Source of the DNA: an uncultured Acidimicrobiales bacterium
GTDB taxonomy: Bacteria > Actinomycetota > Acidimicrobiia > Acidimicrobiales > VFJN01
NCBI GenBank assembly: GCA_963759225.1
Contig: CAVWYL010000005.1
Location: 7,912-71,911, forward strand
Direction: 5' to 3'
Length of the DNA: 64,000 nucleotides
Part shown: positions 11,298 through 19,966 of the stretch, piece after piece
Layout of the letters: the number at the start of each line of letters is the position of its first letter
How positions within the stretch are numbered: the stretch's first letter is position 1
The notes under the pieces: generated by a model
What the model was told of the DNA's origin: nothing
What the model saw: the letters and a program-made list of their open reading frames with translations, nothing else
The model's database searches: none
Translations under genes and position numbers: made by a program

Positions 11298-11953
11298 GCG
11301 AGCCGACCGGATTCCTGTACCCGTTCATCGACGCCGAGGAGCGCGACGCGCCCGCGCTGCTGCGCGACCTCGCCGCCTCCGCCGAGTCCAAGATGGCCGA
11401 GAGCCATGCGATGCGGGCCGCGACGTTGGCGCGGCTCGGGGGCACGCTGCAGGAGGCGGGGGCGGCGATGGCGCAGCGGTTCCGCGCCGGGGGCCGCCTG
11501 TTCACGTTCGGCAACGGCGGCAGCGCCACCGACGCCGAGGGCGCGGCCGAGCTGTTCCGGCGCCCGCCCCACGGCCGGCCGGTGGCGGCCGTGTCGCTGG
11601 TGGACGACCGCGCCGTGCTCACCGCGCTCGCCAACGACGTCGGCTTCGAGCTGGTGTTCTCGCGCCAGCTCATCGCCCACGCCCGGCCGGGCGACGTGGC
11701 CATGGGCCTCTCCACCAGCGGCAACTCGCCCAACCTGCTGCGGGCCTTCGGCGAGGCGGCGCGGCGGGGGCTGCTCACCGTGGGCCTGTCGGGCTACCGG
11801 GGCGGCGCCATGGAGGCCAGCGACGACGTCGACCACTGCCTGGTGGTCGAGTCCGACAGCGTCCACCGCATCCAGGAGACCCAGGACGCCCTGGTCCTGG
11901 AGCTGTGGTCGATCGTGCAGGGCCATCTCGACCCCGTGGGCACGGCGCCGTGA
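11294..11953 (+). CDS. SIS-domain, GmhA-like sugar-phosphate isomerase homologue
   Basis: [37 protein letters not shown]. Confidence 0.88.
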   Translation: MSEPTGFLYPFIDAEERDAPALLRDLAASAESKMAESHAMRAATLARLGGTLQEAGAAMAQRFRAGGRLFTFGNGGSATDAEGAAELFRRPPHGRPVAAVSLVDDRAVLTALANDVGFELVFSRQLIAHARPGDVAMGLSTSGNSPNLLRAFGEAARRGLLTVGLSGYRGGAMEASDDVDHCLVVESDSVHRIQETQDALVLELWSIVQGHLDPVGTAP

Positions 11954-13053
11954 GCGACGCCGCGGCCGCCCCGGGACCGGACGACCGGGAGGCCGCCGTC
12001 CTCGACCGCATCGCCGCCTTCCGGCGCCGGCGGCCGCGCCTGCTCGACGACGTCGTGACGCTGGCCCACGGGGCGGGCGGCAAGGCGTCGGCGGCCCTGC
12101 TGGACGCCGTGTTCCTGCCCGCGTTCGCCAACGACACGCTGGCCGCGCTGGCGGACTCCGCCGTGCTGGCGCTGCCGTCGGGGGAGCGGCTGGCGCTCAC
12201 CACCGACTCGTACGTCGTGCACCCGCTGCGCTTCCCGGGCGGCTCGCTCGGGCACCTGGCCGTCAACGGCACGGTCAACGACCTGGCCGTGGCGGGGGCC
12301 CGGCCCCGGGCCCTGACGGCGGCGTTCGTGCTGGAGGAGGGCTGCCCGATCGACACGCTGCGCGAGGTCGTCGCCGACATGGCCGAGGCGGCGGCCGCGG
12401 CCGGGGTCGAGATCGTGGCCGGCGACACCAAGGTCGTGGAGCGGGGCGCGGCCGACGGCCTCTACGTCACGACCGCGGGCGTCGGCGTCGTCCCGACCGG
12501 CCGGGCGCTGTCGCCTGCGCTGGTCGAGCCGGGCGACGTCGTGCTCGCGTCCGGCACCATCGGCGACCACGGGATCGCCGTCATGCTCGCCCGGGGCGAC
12601 CTGGCGCTCGATGCCGAGATCGTGTCCGACACGCTGGCCCTCAACGGCCTGACCGAGGCGCTGCTGGCGGCGGTGCCGGCGACCCGCTGGATGCGGGACG
12701 CCACCCGCGGCGGCGTGGGGACGGTGTGCAACGAGCTGGCGACGGCCGCCGACGTGGCGGTGGTGCTCGACGAGACGTCCCTCCCCGTCCGCCCCGCGGT
12801 GGGGGCCGCCTGCGAGCTGCTGGGCATCGACCCGCTGTACGTCGCCAACGAGGGCAAGCTCATCGCGGTCGTGCCCGCCGCCGAGGCCGCGTCCGCGCTG
12901 GACGCGCTGCGCGCCCACCCCGCGGGCCGGGACGCCGTCCGGGTCGGCGAGATCGTCGCCGACCCGCCGGGCGTGGTCGTCCTGCGCACCCCGATCGGCG
13001 GCACCCGCATCGTCGACATGCTGGTCGGCGACCCGCTGCCGCGCATCTGCTGA
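11950..13053 (+). CDS. hypE: hydrogenase maturation protein HypE
   Basis: [34 protein letters not shown]-terminal LPRIC. Confidence 0.97.
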   Translation: MSDAAAAPGPDDREAAVLDRIAAFRRRRPRLLDDVVTLAHGAGGKASAALLDAVFLPAFANDTLAALADSAVLALPSGERLALTTDSYVVHPLRFPGGSLGHLAVNGTVNDLAVAGARPRALTAAFVLEEGCPIDTLREVVADMAEAAAAAGVEIVAGDTKVVERGAADGLYVTTAGVGVVPTGRALSPALVEPGDVVLASGTIGDHGIAVMLARGDLALDAEIVSDTLALNGLTEALLAAVPATRWMRDATRGGVGTVCNELATAADVAVVLDETSLPVRPAVGAACELLGIDPLYVANEGKLIAVVPAAEAASALDALRAHPAGRDAVRVGEIVADPPGVVVLRTPIGGTRIVDMLVGDPLPRIC

Positions 13054-13059
13054 GGCGGC

Positions 13060-13566
13060 TCAGGCGGTGTCGGGGGTCCAGGGCCGGAGCCGGGGGAGCC
13101 AGCCCGGCACGGCCCGGCGGTAGGCGCGGTACTGCTCGCCGTAGCGGGCCGTGAGCAGCGGCTCCTCGTAGCCGCGCACGAACGCGACCATGCCCGCGCC
13201 CGCGACCGCGGCGTAGACGAGGAGGACGGGCCGGCCCAGCAGCAGGGCCTGGCCGGCGATGGCGCCGATCACGGCCACGTACATCGGGTTGCGCACGTGG
13301 CGGTAGAGGCCGCCCACCACCAGCCGCTCGGTCGGTCCGACGGGCGCCGGCGTGCCCCGCCCCTCGCGCACGAACCGCACGAACGCCTGGACCAGCACGA
13401 CCGTGCTGGCGACGAGCACCACCGCGCCCGCGACCCGCACCGGGACCGGCCACGGCGGGTCCGCCCCCTCCCACCGGGTGATCGCCCACGGCACGACCCC
13501 GGCCACCACGCCCGGCGCGACGGCGAAGAACAACGAGCTCCCGGCGACGGCCGCGGCGGTGCGCAT
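13060..13566 (-). CDS. isoprenylcysteine carboxylmethyltransferase/PEMT-family membrane protein
   Basis: GTPAP...LVVGGLYRHVRNPMY, EEP.L..RYGEQY..Y...VP.WLP. Confidence 0.85.
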   Translation of the reverse strand: MRTAAAVAGSSLFFAVAPGVVAGVVPWAITRWEGADPPWPVPVRVAGAVVLVASTVVLVQAFVRFVREGRGTPAPVGPTERLVVGGLYRHVRNPMYVAVIGAIAGQALLLGRPVLLVYAAVAGAGMVAFVRGYEEPLLTARYGEQYRAYRRAVPGWLPRLRPWTPDTA

Positions 13567-13637
13567 CCGAGAACGCCGTGTGGCCTGCTCGGTCCGACCC
13601 GTCGGCCTCCTGTCGGAATCGTAGGAGGAACCGACCG

Positions 13638-14563
13638 ATGACCCACTGGCACATCAGCGAGTCGGGAGCCACCGTCGAGCTCGACCCCGCCCTCCGTGGC
13701 GAGGCGATGTTCACCGTCCGGAACCAGTCCCCGGTGACCGATCGTGTCGTGCTGGCCGTCGAGCCCCTCGACGGGGCGGCCGACACGTGGCTCACCGTCG
13801 AGGACAGCCCCCGGCCCCCGGAGGGTGGGGCCCGGCGACAGCGTCACGTACGTCACGACCGTCGCGGTGCCCGTGGAGGTCCCGGCGGGACCTACGGCTC
13901 CAGCCCGCGTGACTGGCCGAACACCCAGCGAGACGTCCATCACCAGCAAGCGGATCAGCTTCACGAAGCTCGGCCCGGGCGGCGACGCCGCAACTGGCGC
14001 AAGCTCTGGCCGCTGCTGCTCATCCCGGTCGTGCTGCTGGTCGGGTCGTCGGGCGCCTTGAGCTCGCAGCCTCCGACGATCTCGACGAACGGCAGGTCGT
14101 GGTGGACCGATGTGGACGGTCCGAAGGCCCGCCGACGATGGTCTCGTCATGTCACCGCCCTCCGGAGGTGGATCGCGATCTGAGAATCACCATGTACCTG
14201 AGGCGGCGGAAATGAACTCGGTCGGAGAAGCCTGTCGTTCACCTAGCGACCCGGACTGGACCTCGGCGACGTCGTTAGCGGGCACGCTCGTCCTGCTGCG
14301 ACGGGACGACCACGGTCCACTGGGAGGTCACCGAGGGGCAGGCCGGTCGACGAGGTCGGCCTGCGTCCTGCGACCGAGGTCGTGCACCTGGGCTGACGCA
14401 GACGCTCGATGTTCCCGAGGAGGACTGGGACACGTTCAAGTTCGCCGAGAAAGGCATCGGGGACATGTTCGTCTCCGCCGTGTCCGACACCGGTGAGGTC
14501 GACGTCGGCACGTCCCTGGATCTCACCCTGATGCTCCGGTTCGTGCCCTGTCCCGGTCGTTGA
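13638..14563 (+). pseudogene. hypothetical membrane-anchored protein; middle corrupted or frameshifted
   Basis: RBS AGGAGG plus ATG; N-terminus MTHWHIS..FTVRNQS; hydrophobic stretch LWPLLLIPVVLLVG; coding-like 3' end DTFKFAEKG..LRFVPCPGR*; centre overlaid by a degenerate copy of 14947-15290. Confidence 0.45.
14056..14410. repeat. degenerate direct copy of about 14947-15290
   Basis: 24-nt exact block 14077-14100 = 14968-14991, plus collinear blocks CGACCCGGACTGG, CGGTCCACTGG and CGAGGGGCAGGCCGG. Confidence 0.85.
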
Positions 14564-14578
14564 TGAGCGCGCCGGCGG

Positions 14579-15037
14579 TCAGCGGACGACGACGTTCGGC
14601 CGGGGCAGGCCCCGGGCCTCGGCGAGGGCGTAGTACGCGGCCAGGGTCGTGGGGCCGTCGGCGGTGCCGATGATGGTGCCGTCCGCGTCGAGGTCGAGGT
14701 TGGTGCCGGTCATGTGGAACCACACCCGGGTGTCGTCCTCGATGCAGGTCAGCGTGTGGACCGAGCCCGCCGGCTCGTAGAGCACGGAGCCGGCCCGGTT
14801 CACGTAGTCGTACTCCTTGTACTTCCAGGCGCCCGAGCGGGTGAAGCCGAACACCGGGCCCGTGTGGCGGTGGGTGGGCACCTCGAAGCCGGCCTGGAAG
14901 ATGTTCTCGACCACCCACAGGCCCTGCGCCTCGTCGACCATCAGGACCTTGAGCTTGTTGCCGCCGCCGATCTCGACGAACGGCAGGTCGTCGTCGCCGA
15001 CATGGACGGCCAAAGGCACGGCGTCGATGGTTGTCAT
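14579..15037 (-). CDS. cupin, 2,4'-dihydroxyacetophenone dioxygenase/ChrR-like family
   Basis: PTHRHTGPV, G.WKYKEY, LYEPAGSVHTL. Confidence 0.85.
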   Translation of the reverse strand: MTTIDAVPLAVHVGDDDLPFVEIGGGNKLKVLMVDEAQGLWVVENIFQAGFEVPTHRHTGPVFGFTRSGAWKYKEYDYVNRAGSVLYEPAGSVHTLTCIEDDTRVWFHMTGTNLDLDADGTIIGTADGPTTLAAYYALAEARGLPRPNVVVR

Positions 15038-15096
15038 ATAGCTCCCCTCCAGAAGTGGAACGCGTTCTAGTATGCCCGTGACCTGAGGGGGTGGCC

Positions 15097-16314
15097 ATGG
15101 GCACGGTGGCGCAGCCGGTCGACATCTACGACCCGGACTGGTACCTCGGCGACGACGTCCACGAGACGTTCGCCCGGCTGCGGCGGGACGATCCGGTCCA
15201 CTGGCAGGACATCGAGGGGCAGGCCGGCTACTGGGCCGTGCTGCGCCACGCCGACCTCGTGCACGTGGCCCGCCACCCCGACCTGTTCTCGTCGTGGCTG
15301 GGCAGCGTGGTGCTGGAGGACCTGGACCCCGAGCAGCTGGAGCTGATGCGCCACATGCTGCTGGTCATGGACCCGCCGGGGCACACGGCCTACCGCAAGC
15401 CGCTGGCCCCGCACTTCGGGGCCCGGGTGATCGGGCAGCTCGAGGGCCGGATCCGCGCCCAGTGCCGGGACATCCTGGCCGCGGCGGCGGACCGCGACGA
15501 CGTCGACCTCGTCCGGGACGTGGCCGGCCCGCTGCCGGCCCGGATCATCGCCGGGATCATGGGGCTCCCGGCCGCCGACGCCCCCCGGATCCAGCGGTGG
15601 GCCGAGGCCATGGTGGCGGGCCAGGACGAGGAGGTGGCGGGCGCCGACCCCGGGTCCGCCTCGATCGAGATGGCCGTGTACGGGATCGAGCTGGCGGCCG
15701 CCCGCCGGGCGGCGCCGCCGCCGCCCGAGCCCGAGGACATCACCGACCTGCTGCTCGGCACCACGTTCGAGGACGGCCGGCCGATGAGCGACGTCGACTT
15801 CGGGTCGTTCTTCGTCCAGCTCGTCACGGCCGGCAACGACACCACCAAGGCGATGATGAGCGCGGGCGTCCTCGAGCTGATGCGCCACCCCGACCAGCTC
15901 GCGGCCCTGCGGGCCGACCCCGCCCTCGTCCCCGACGCGGTGGAGGAGATGCTGCGCCACTGCAACCCGCTGCACTACTTCCGGCGCACGGCGACGGCCG
16001 ACACCGTCCTCGGCGGGAAGCAGATCCGGGCGGGCGACAAGGTGGCGCTCGTCTACACGTCGGCCAACCGCGACGAGGACGTGTTCGCCGACCCCCAGGC
16101 CTTCGACATCCGCCGCTCGCCCAACCCCCACGTCAGCTTCGGGATCGGCACCCACTTCTGCCTCGGCGCCCACCTCGCCCGGCTGGAGGCCCGGGTGTTC
16201 GTCGAGGAGCTGCTGGCCGCGTTCGGCACCATCGAGCTGGCCGGCGAGCCGGCCCGGGTCCGCTCCAACCTCGCCAACGGCTACAAGCGCCTCCCGGTCC
16301 GCCTCGCGCCTTAG
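15097..16314 (+). CDS. cytochrome P450
   Basis: I-helix AGNDTT, EEMLR (ExxR), heme motif FGIGTHFCLGA. Confidence 0.96.
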   Translation: MGTVAQPVDIYDPDWYLGDDVHETFARLRRDDPVHWQDIEGQAGYWAVLRHADLVHVARHPDLFSSWLGSVVLEDLDPEQLELMRHMLLVMDPPGHTAYRKPLAPHFGARVIGQLEGRIRAQCRDILAAAADRDDVDLVRDVAGPLPARIIAGIMGLPAADAPRIQRWAEAMVAGQDEEVAGADPGSASIEMAVYGIELAAARRAAPPPPEPEDITDLLLGTTFEDGRPMSDVDFGSFFVQLVTAGNDTTKAMMSAGVLELMRHPDQLAALRADPALVPDAVEEMLRHCNPLHYFRRTATADTVLGGKQIRAGDKVALVYTSANRDEDVFADPQAFDIRRSPNPHVSFGIGTHFCLGAHLARLEARVFVEELLAAFGTIELAGEPARVRSNLANGYKRLPVRLAP

Positions 16315-16371
16315 TGCATCCGCGGACGGCATGACGGTCCGAAGGGAGGGGGAAGCCCGCCGTCACCACAG

Positions 16372-16434
16372 ACCGACGTCACGGCCAGCAACGGCGTCAT
16401 CCACGTGATCGACGGCGTGCTCCTGCCCGGCTGA
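16372..16434 (+). pseudogene. fasciclin (FAS1) domain C-terminal remnant
   Basis: TDVTASNGVIHVIDGVLLPG* matches the FAS1 H2 motif; no upstream body of the gene. Confidence 0.7.
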
Positions 16435-16459
16435 CCCGCCCGGGGATCGGGTGTCGCGC

Positions 16460-16852
16460 TCAGCCCGGGAGCATCCGGCGGATCGACTCGCCGACCGGAC
16501 CGAGCCACGCGGCGACCGCCGCGAGCGCGGCCCCGATCCCCGTGCCGGCGGACACGACGGCGCCGGCCGTGACGACGACCTGCGCCACCGTGCCCAGGCG
16601 GGAGCCGAGCGACCGGGCATCGGGCTCGTCGCCGTCGAGGGCGCGCTCGCAGGCGTCGATGTGGCCGAGCGCCGCGGTCCGGGCGCCGTCCGGGAGGGAG
16701 GCGGCCGCGACCTGACGGCGGAGGTCGGCGAGCACCGTGCGGCCCCGCTCGACGTCGAGGACCAGCGCGCCGTGCTGGCCGCCGTAGATCGTCTGGTCGC
16801 CGGCGACGTTGTTGATCTGGCCGGCCTGCTGGTTGCCGATGTTGAAGGTCAT
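16460..16852 (-). CDS. small helical protein with an N-terminal Q/N/G-rich motif
   Basis: MTFNIGNQQAGQINNVAGDQTIYGGQ followed by amphipathic helices and a hydrophobic C-terminus; RBS GAGGAG; ATGA overlap with the FHA gene. Confidence 0.8.
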   Translation of the reverse strand: MTFNIGNQQAGQINNVAGDQTIYGGQHGALVLDVERGRTVLADLRRQVAAASLPDGARTAALGHIDACERALDGDEPDARSLGSRLGTVAQVVVTAGAVVSAGTGIGAALAAVAAWLGPVGESIRRMLPG

Positions 16853-17679
16853 CGTCCGCTCCTCGGCGGGTGGGGATAGGCGGGCTCGACCCGCCGCCGG
16901 CGGGCCGTCGCCATGACGTGGAGCACGACGCCCAGGATCATCAGGAAGACGCCGAGCCCGCTCACCAGCGTCGCCAGCACGGCGACGGGGAAGGCCAGCT
17001 CGGGCACGTCCGGCGGCTGCGAGGCGTCGAGGTCGCTCTGCATCACCTCGCTGAAGTCGACGCCGAACTGGTAGAGCACGGCCGCCATCGCCACGAACCC
17101 GCCGACGAACAGCAGGGCGCCGACGACGATGAGGCGGCGGGCCCTGGTCTTCGACGCGGCGACCTCCCGCAGGAAGCTCTCCCGCTGGTAGACGTACTGG
17201 TCGCGCGCCACGTTGTTGATGATCCCGGCCTGCTGGTCGCGGATGTCGTAGCGGCCCGGGGGCGGCGGGGGCGGCGCGGGCGGCACCCACGGCGAGGGCC
17301 GCAGCGGCGGCGCGGGCGGCACGGGCGGCAGGTAGGAGGCCTGGGTGGGCGGACCGGCGGTGTCCCGGTCCTCGAACACGGCGACGACGGAGCCGAAGCA
17401 GATCTGGTCGCCGTGACGCACGGGCCGGGGCCGGTGCACCGGCACGCCGTTGAGGACCGTGCCGTGGGTCGAGCCGAGGTCCTCGATCGTCGTCGTGCCC
17501 GGCCGGTGGTCGATCGCCGCGTGGGTGCGGCTCACGTCGGGGCAGTCGATGAGGACCTGCGATCGCGGTGCCCGCCCGACGACCGAGCGGCCTGAGTTCA
17601 CCCGCAGGATGGACCCCCGCAGCGCCGCGGGGGCCTCGATCCGCAGGTGGCAGGTGGTCTGATCACCGGCGACGTCCAT
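16849..17679 (-). CDS. FHA-domain protein with Pro-rich linker and two TM helices
   Basis: VGR..VSRTHA..DLGSTHGTVLNG..GDQICFG FHA motifs; two hydrophobic segments near the C-terminus. Confidence 0.88.
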   Translation of the reverse strand: MDVAGDQTTCHLRIEAPAALRGSILRVNSGRSVVGRAPRSQVLIDCPDVSRTHAAIDHRPGTTTIEDLGSTHGTVLNGVPVHRPRPVRHGDQICFGSVVAVFEDRDTAGPPTQASYLPPVPPAPPLRPSPWVPPAPPPPPPGRYDIRDQQAGIINNVARDQYVYQRESFLREVAASKTRARRLIVVGALLFVGGFVAMAAVLYQFGVDFSEVMQSDLDASQPPDVPELAFPVAVLATLVSGLGVFLMILGVVLHVMATARRRRVEPAYPHPPRSGR

Positions 17680-17762
17680 CGGGACCCTCCTCTCCCGTGA
17701 TGTCAGAGTCCGCGCACAGCCGATCGGATACGCGCGACGGCCCGGCCCCTACACTCCGCGGC

Positions 17763-19351
17763 ATGCGCCTCAGGTTCGCCGGTGTCGAGGTCGACACCGA
17801 CACCTACGAGCTGCGCTCCGGCGGGCGACTCGTGGAGGTCGAGCCCCAGGTGTTCGACGTGCTCGTCCACCTGATCTCCCACCGCGACCGCGTGGTGACC
17901 AAGGAGGAGCTGCTCGACCAGGTGTGGGGCGACCGGTTCGTGTCCGAGTCGGCGCTGACCACCCGCATCAAGCAGGTCCGGCAGGCCGTCGGCGACGACG
18001 GCCGGGAGCAGCGGGTGATCCGCACCGCCCACGGCCGGGGTTACCGGTTCGTGGCTCCGGTCACCGAGGCCGAGGGCGCCGCCGCCGGGCCCGGGGCCGG
18101 GGCCGTCCCGGAGACCCGGTACGTCACAACGACGGGGCCGCCATCGCCTACCAGGTGTTCGGGTCGGGCCCCGACCTCGTGCTGATCGAGGGGTTCACCA
18201 CCAACGTCGAGGTCCAGTGGGAGCACCCCGACATCGCCCGGTTCCTGCGCCGCCTCGGGTCGTTCTGCCGGGTGGCCGTGCTCGACAAGCGGGGCGCCGG
18301 GCTGTCCGAGCGGCTCGGCCCGGGCGAGGCGCCGCCGCTGGAGCAGCGGGCCGACGACGTCCGCGCCGTCATGGACGACTGCGGCATGGACCGGGCCACC
18401 GTGTTCGGGTCCTCGGAGGGCGGGTCGCTGTCGGTCCTGCTGGCCGCCGCCCACCCCGACCGGGTCGAGCGGCTGATCCTGCACGGGACCTGGGCCCGCC
18501 ACCCGTGGTTCGGCCAGCCCGACCGCCGCGAGTTCTCGCTGGTCGAGGACACGTGGGGGACGGGCCGCACGCTGTCGTTCCTGGCCGAGGAGATGAGCGC
18601 CACCGCCGCCGGCCGGCGCTTCCTCGGCCGGTTCGAGCGGCAGGCGGCCACACCCCGCACCGCCCGCCGGCTGACCGAGCTCATGGCGGCCATCGACGTC
18701 ACGCCGGTGCTGGGGGCGGTGGCCGTGCCCACGCTCGTCATCCACCGCAGCGAGGACCTCCTGTTCGGCGTCGGCCCGGCCTACGACCTCGTGGCCGGCA
18801 TCGCGGGCGCCCGCCTCGTCGAGCTGCCGGGCCGGGACCACTACCTGTTCAGCGGCGACACCGGCCCGATCCTCGACGCGGTCGAGGAGTTCGTCTCCAC
18901 CAGCGACCCGCCGCCCGCGCCGCCGGACCGGTTCCTCGCCACCGTCGTGGTCGCCGGCGTCACCGGCCCGGACGCCACCGCCGCCGCCCGCCGCTGCGTC
19001 GCGGCCCACCGGGGCGAGCTCGTGCGCTTCGCGGGCGACGGCCTCGTCGCCCTGTTCGACGGGCCCGGCCGCGGCGTGCGGGCGGCCTGCGACCTGCGCG
19101 GGGCGCTGGCCCCGCACGCGGTGCGGGCCGGCGTCCACACCGCCGAGATCGAGCGCCGCGGCGACGCCGTGTCGGGGATCGGCGTCCACATCGCCGGCCG
19201 GCTCGCGGGCCTGGCCGAGCCGGGGACCGTGTGGGTGTCGCGGACGGTGACCGACCTGGTCGCCGGGTGCGGCCTCGCGTTCGCGCCCCGGGGCGAGCGG
19301 GAGCTGCCCGGCGTCGCGGGCACGTGGGCGGTGTTCGAGGCGGACGCCTGA
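17763..19351 (+). CDS. winged-helix (OmpR/CadC-type) + alpha/beta hydrolase + cyclase-like regulator (frameshift near 18126)
   Basis: VEPQVFD..HRDRVV.KEELLD.VWGDRFVSESALT..GRGYRF; DKRGAGLS; GSSEGG nucleophile elbow; GDG and RAGVHTAE cyclase-like motifs. Confidence 0.85.
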
Positions 19352-19472
19352 GGCTGCGCCGACAGGCGGAGCCTGGCCCGACGCCCCTGCGAAACACAAC
19401 GACCGCAGCAAGAGCGGGAGACACAGGCAACGGTGGTCGTGACGACGTGACATGTCCGCGGACGCTCTGAGC

Positions 19473-19527
19473 CTCCACGGCCTCTCCACCGTGTCTCCAA
19501 GCTCGCCGGCCGGCCGGGGCGCATGCT
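19473..19527 (+). promoter_or_regulatory. 11-bp phased direct-repeat operator plus -10 box (MaoC promoter)
   Basis: CTCCAC(19473), CTCCAC(19484), CTCCAAG(19495), N20, CATGCT, N7, ATG. Confidence 0.75.
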
Positions 19528-19534
19528 GCGGGGC

Positions 19535-19936
19535 ATGCACATCGGCGACACCGCCCGGCGGTCCCGGACCGTCACCCGGCGCGACATCGAGCTGTTCACC
19601 GAGATCACGGGCGACCGGAACCCGCTGCACTACGACGACGCCGTCGCGGCCCGGTCGCGGTTCGGCGGCATCATCGTCCAGGGCGGCGTCACCTCCGGCC
19701 TGCTCAACGCCGTCGTGGCCGAGGACCTCCCCGGGCCCGGCACCGTGTTCCTCCACACCGACTGGCGGTTCCTGTCCCCGGTGCGGCCCGGCGACGTCAT
19801 CACCGCCGAGGTCGAGGTCATCGGCCTGCGCGAGGACAAGCCCATCGCCACCCTCCGCACCACCGTCACCGGGCCCGACGGCGCCATCGTCCTCGACGGC
19901 CGGGCCGTGACGTGGCGTGAGCCGCTGGCGAGCTGA
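19535..19936 (+). CDS. MaoC-family dehydratase
   Basis: FTEITGDRNPLHYD, LPGPGTVF, RFLSPVRPGD. Confidence 0.9.
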   Translation: MHIGDTARRSRTVTRRDIELFTEITGDRNPLHYDDAVAARSRFGGIIVQGGVTSGLLNAVVAEDLPGPGTVFLHTDWRFLSPVRPGDVITAEVEVIGLREDKPIATLRTTVTGPDGAIVLDGRAVTWREPLAS

Positions 19937-19966
19937 GCCGCGTCCCGCCGGGGGACCTGTGCCACG

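Noticed and set aside
7211-11953. 1580-aa ORF and other very long Arg/Pro/Gly-rich ORFs (e.g. 18041-22063 minus, 37526-40252 minus)
   Set aside because: These are shadow frames of high-GC DNA, or frames that pass through real genes because of indels. Only the embedded HypF and GmhA-like segments are real.
19352-19470. A-rich intergenic stretch as a possible sRNA
   Set aside because: No convincing stem structure, terminator or second copy was seen.
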